Of a stretch of 48,771 nt of DNA, positions 46,064-48,771 are shown in pieces (the first letter of the stretch is position 1; each line of letters begins with the position of its first letter). A model generated the notes under the pieces. That model worked only from the letters and a program-made list of their open reading frames with translations, made no database searches and was not told the origin of the DNA. This stretch comes from a virus (lineage: Duplodnaviria; Caudoviricetes). A program made the translations under genes and the position numbers. Location of the stretch: the IMG/VR virus record IMGVR_UViG_3300030104_005458, positions 1 to 48,771 of that record; one strand, 5' to 3'.

Positions 46064-47143
46064 TTATTTTTTATATCTTTTACGCTTATAAGTTAAATAT
46101 TCCGCAGCTTCATATGGATTAAAAAATAAAGTTATTAATCTATTATCGCTATCTTCGTATTGTGGGTCTATTACTGTAACCGGCGCATTAAAAATATTTT
46201 TATCATCTAATCCCAATTTATCAGCGTAACTATCCATATTTTTAAATGAAGCTACTTGTATAGCATGACTAATTAGTCCGCTAGCAGGGTCTTTTAATAC
46301 CTGATACCCTGATACATGAGTATGTCCAGCTGTTAAAATGTGGTCTCGCCAACCAGTTTGCACAGCTCTACTTATAGCGTGCGCTGTATTCCACATTGAA
46401 TTTCCTTTGAATTGATGCCTAGCGTTTATTCTAATTGCTTTACCATTAGGAAATTGAAGATTCATTCTAGCACCATGTTGTTGGTACACGGATTGTTTAC
46501 CGCGCATAATAAAATCAAGAGGGTCGCCATCACCGCTCCAAACATCGTGATTTCCGGCTATTAGATATATCCAAGGTAGTTTTTCTAAAAAATGTTCAGT
46601 TAATGCCCATGATTCTTTTGCGGTTGTTGATTGTTGACCATGTAAAGCTTGCAATCTACCTACCCAATTATTTTGTACATCTCCAAGATTTCCGGCAAAC
46701 ATACCATCAGTATTATTTATTAAATCACATAAAGCATATATTTCTGCTATGTCTGTGCCATCATCATCTACATGCGGGTCTCCAAAGTGACAAATTCCAA
46801 CAGGACCATGCACATTAATTTTTATATTAATTAATTTTTTATTTTTATGAGCTTCGTATTTTTTCTTATATCTTTTTTCTCGATATTTAATGATGTCTTC
46901 AATGTCCATTTCTCCGACATCTAATTCTTCTACTGAAAATTGATTAAGTTCTACAATGCGAGGAACAATAGTCTTACTACCGCATTCTGGGCAATAATAC
47001 CTTTGTCTTTTGCGATTGTTTTTCCAATAAGCCCATCCGTCTTTGCGAATATCGTTATTAGTGCATTTGGGACACCCTACAATGTTCCCATCTGGGTCTT
47101 TGCAGTCTCGTGCCTTTGTTTTTCCGTTTGGTTGTTTTGGCAA
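46064..47143 (-). CDS. Calcineurin-like metallophosphoesterase with N-terminal IS1-like Zn ribbon
   Basis: CPKC...KDG...RQRYYCPECG; GDPH, GD, GNHD, RH, GHTH motifs. Confidence 0.85.
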   Translation of the reverse strand: MPKQPNGKTKARDCKDPDGNIVGCPKCTNNDIRKDGWAYWKNNRKRQRYYCPECGSKTIVPRIVELNQFSVEELDVGEMDIEDIIKYREKRYKKKYEAHKNKKLINIKINVHGPVGICHFGDPHVDDDGTDIAEIYALCDLINNTDGMFAGNLGDVQNNWVGRLQALHGQQSTTAKESWALTEHFLEKLPWIYLIAGNHDVWSGDGDPLDFIMRGKQSVYQQHGARMNLQFPNGKAIRINARHQFKGNSMWNTAHAISRAVQTGWRDHILTAGHTHVSGYQVLKDPASGLISHAIQVASFKNMDSYADKLGLDDKNIFNAPVTVIDPQYEDSDNRLITLFFNPYEAAEYLTYKRKRYKK

Positions 47144-47145
47144 AA

Positions 47146-47544
47146 TTAATCAATAAGTTCAAAATGAACTAAGTCGTCAAAGCTATTATCTTTAGTTGTC
47201 CTTTTTCCTTGATATGTGCTAGAAGCATTCCAGTCTCCTCCCCAGCGCAGCTTTACGCCCATGCTAGCAGCTACACCCAGAACAAATCCACCTAAATAGT
47301 GAAAGTCATCTCTAGCATCCCAGTCTATTGGATAGGGTGCAATGTCAACAGCTTTTCCTTGCACATGTTTGCCAAATTTTGTTTTGCTTTTTCCTTGAGC
47401 AACAAGTTCGTTTTGCCTAGCTTGACTCCTCAGACCCTCGATTACTGTTATATCAAAGTATTTAACAACTTCATTTAAAACATTCACAAGGCGAATGTCT
47501 ACACCGCGAAGTCTATCTCTAGACCTTTTTCCAAATCTAGGCAT
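47146..47544 (-). CDS. Endolysin, M15 family L-Ala-D-Glu peptidase (T5-like)
   Basis: EGLRS..RQ, KH..GKAVD, RWGGDW, DLVHFEL. Confidence 0.9.
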   Translation of the reverse strand: MPRFGKRSRDRLRGVDIRLVNVLNEVVKYFDITVIEGLRSQARQNELVAQGKSKTKFGKHVQGKAVDIAPYPIDWDARDDFHYLGGFVLGVAASMGVKLRWGGDWNASSTYQGKRTTKDNSFDDLVHFELID

Positions 47545-47547
47545 TTA

Positions 47548-47796
47548 CTACCAAAGCTTCCATTTGCTTTGAATAACTGCTTTAGCGACATCCAATGCTT
47601 CTTTCATAACTCTATCTTTTTCAGATTTAGTTAGTTTTTTGTCTTTTAATCCATCTTCAAGCGCTTTAACAAGCTCACCAATTTCTATAACAATTTGTCT
47701 ATTTTTAGCAGTTACAGATGTAGCATACCCAGCTATACCTAGCCCAACCATATATAACAAGTTAGACCAACTTAACCATTCACTTATAAAGTCCAT
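47548..47796 (-). CDS. Holin-like membrane protein
   Basis: N-terminal TM, immediately upstream of endolysin. Confidence 0.6.
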   Translation of the reverse strand: MDFISEWLSWSNLLYMVGLGIAGYATSVTAKNRQIVIEIGELVKALEDGLKDKKLTKSEKDRVMKEALDVAKAVIQSKWKLW

Positions 47797-48040
47797 GTAT
47801 TTCTCCCTTTATTTGTTCTAAAGATTTTTTCATTTCAGCAATATCAGCAGTAATAACATCTAATTTATATGTAATTAGATTCCTATCTGCTACTGCTTCT
47901 TTTTTGTCAAGTTTTAATTCTAAATCTCTTTTAATCATATCTATATCATATTGCATAAACCCAAGCGCAAGTATAGCACCACATATAATAACTGCTAACG
48001 TAATCATATTGTCTATAGATATTGTTTTATTAATTTTCAT
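47780..48040 (-). CDS. Single-TM coiled-coil protein
   Basis: MITLAVIICGAILALGFM then heptads. Confidence 0.65.
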   Translation of the reverse strand: MKINKTISIDNMITLAVIICGAILALGFMQYDIDMIKRDLELKLDKKEAVADRNLITYKLDVITADIAEMKKSLEQIKGEIHGLYK

Positions 48041-48360
48041 TAGTGTTTTCCATTAATTCTACTTACGCTACCTTTTACTTCCATCATTACATCTGATAAA
48101 TCATTTATTTCACGAACCATTTCTTCATGCCTTCTGTCTCTAGTAGAGTCACTAGCATTCCATCTGTCTAATAATTTTAAAATAATAGCTTCAATATTAT
48201 CAATTTTTTGAGATTGCCCTTTATTTTCGACCTTTAAATCCTCTAATGCTTCTGCTTGCTCATCTGCTCTTTGGCTTTGTTTAAAATATCCATAAAAAAA
48301 TGCTAGCACGACTAACCCCATTGCTCCATATTCTGCGTAAACGTCAATAAATGATTCCAT
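48040..48360 (-). CDS. BhlA/UviB-like holin-type protein
   Basis: EYGAMGLVVLAFFYGYF TM then coiled coil. Confidence 0.6.
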   Translation of the reverse strand: MESFIDVYAEYGAMGLVVLAFFYGYFKQSQRADEQAEALEDLKVENKGQSQKIDNIEAIILKLLDRWNASDSTRDRRHEEMVREINDLSDVMMEVKGSVSRINGKH

Positions 48361-48418
48361 TAAGACTCCAAGTAAATGTATTTAAATTTTATATTATAAG
48401 ATGTGCTAGAACACCAAG

Positions 48419-48517
48419 TCATTCTTCCTCCTCAGTTGCTTTACACTCATCACAAACACCACGCAATGCTTGCTGAATTGGCTTATCACATTCGATACAA
48501 TGAAATGGCATTGGCAT
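48419..48517 (-). CDS. 32-aa Zn-binding micro-protein (not in ORF track)
   Basis: MPMPFHCIECDKPIQQALRGVCDECKATEEEE. Confidence 0.55.
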   Translation of the reverse strand: MPMPFHCIECDKPIQQALRGVCDECKATEEEE

Positions 48518-48587
48518 TTTATACTATATCCATATTCTTAAAATAATTCTAATAATCTCTTTTTAAGAGGCTCAATAAAATCACTAT

Positions 48588-48771
48588 ATTCTTCTTGATG
48601 CCATCCATTTAATATATTTCTCTGCTTTTTTTTATCTGGTTCAATAATTTTTATCATTTTGTTTATTGCTTTTTGAAGTGGCATCGCTCTTTCTGGGGAA
48701 TCCATAGCAATGGCTTTATTTTCCTCAATTAATGCTCTAACTCTAGCATGATTTGATTTACCATATTTAGA
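48588..48771. repeat. Terminal direct repeat, copy 2
   Basis: Identical to 1-184. Confidence 0.95.

Larger units (their letters stand above)
1..48771. mobile_element. Complete temperate tailed phage genome (podovirus-like), circular assembly of 48,587 bp unique length
   Basis: Terminase, portal, capsid, fibres, endolysin, integrase, repressor and attP all present; no tape-measure or sheath gene recognised; ends overlap by 184 bp. Confidence 0.95.

Noticed and set aside
46970-47080. IS1 transposon insertion
   Set aside because: Only a Zn-ribbon motif, fused in frame to a phosphoesterase; no transposase catalytic domain or inverted repeats
48588-48771. 184-bp repeat as a biological terminal repeat
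   Set aside because: It falls in the middle of an intact ORF within the late operon; more likely assembler overlap of a circular contig
1-48771. Alternative genetic code or stop-codon recoding
   Set aside because: Long genes are intact under the standard code and all three stops are used; coding density is high

Overview
The window is an apparently complete, circularly assembled ~48.6 kb AT-rich temperate dsDNA phage genome. Bases 1-184 are identical to 48588-48771, and an ORF reads through the join. The layout is podovirus-like. A minus-strand virion operon runs from TerS-like, TerL, P22-like portal, scaffold and major capsid through adaptors, nozzle and ejection proteins to two large LamG-repeat fibres, then across the join into a membrane-protein/endolysin lysis cluster. 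A plus-strand early region (29.6-38.55 kb) holds many small ORFs, a MoxR-type AAA+/vWA-like pair, PC4-like and ParB/DGQHR-like genes. A minus-strand recombination/replication operon (Gam-like, SSAP, resolvase, DUF1376 initiator) follows. The lysogeny module has an xis-like HTH, a repressor, a tyrosine integrase and an attP carrying the 3' half of an initiator tRNA-Met. I recognise no DNA polymerase, helicase, reverse transcriptase or CRISPR. The most unusual observations are: (1) the paired TGTAACAT repeats flanking attP recur as an identical 19-mer in front of three virion genes; (2) the repressor has a PAS-like C-terminus instead of a peptidase, with a probable internal start; (3) a 40-aa peptide copies the capsid N-terminal arm and adds a polybasic tail; (4) the large ejection protein has a circularly permuted lysozyme-like domain; (5) the replication iteron array has a second, non-coding copy; (6) a D-arm-less tRNA-like element and a family of intergenic hairpins lie in the early region; (7) GATC and CCWGG appear to be avoided. 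All family assignments come from motifs recognised by eye, not database searches.
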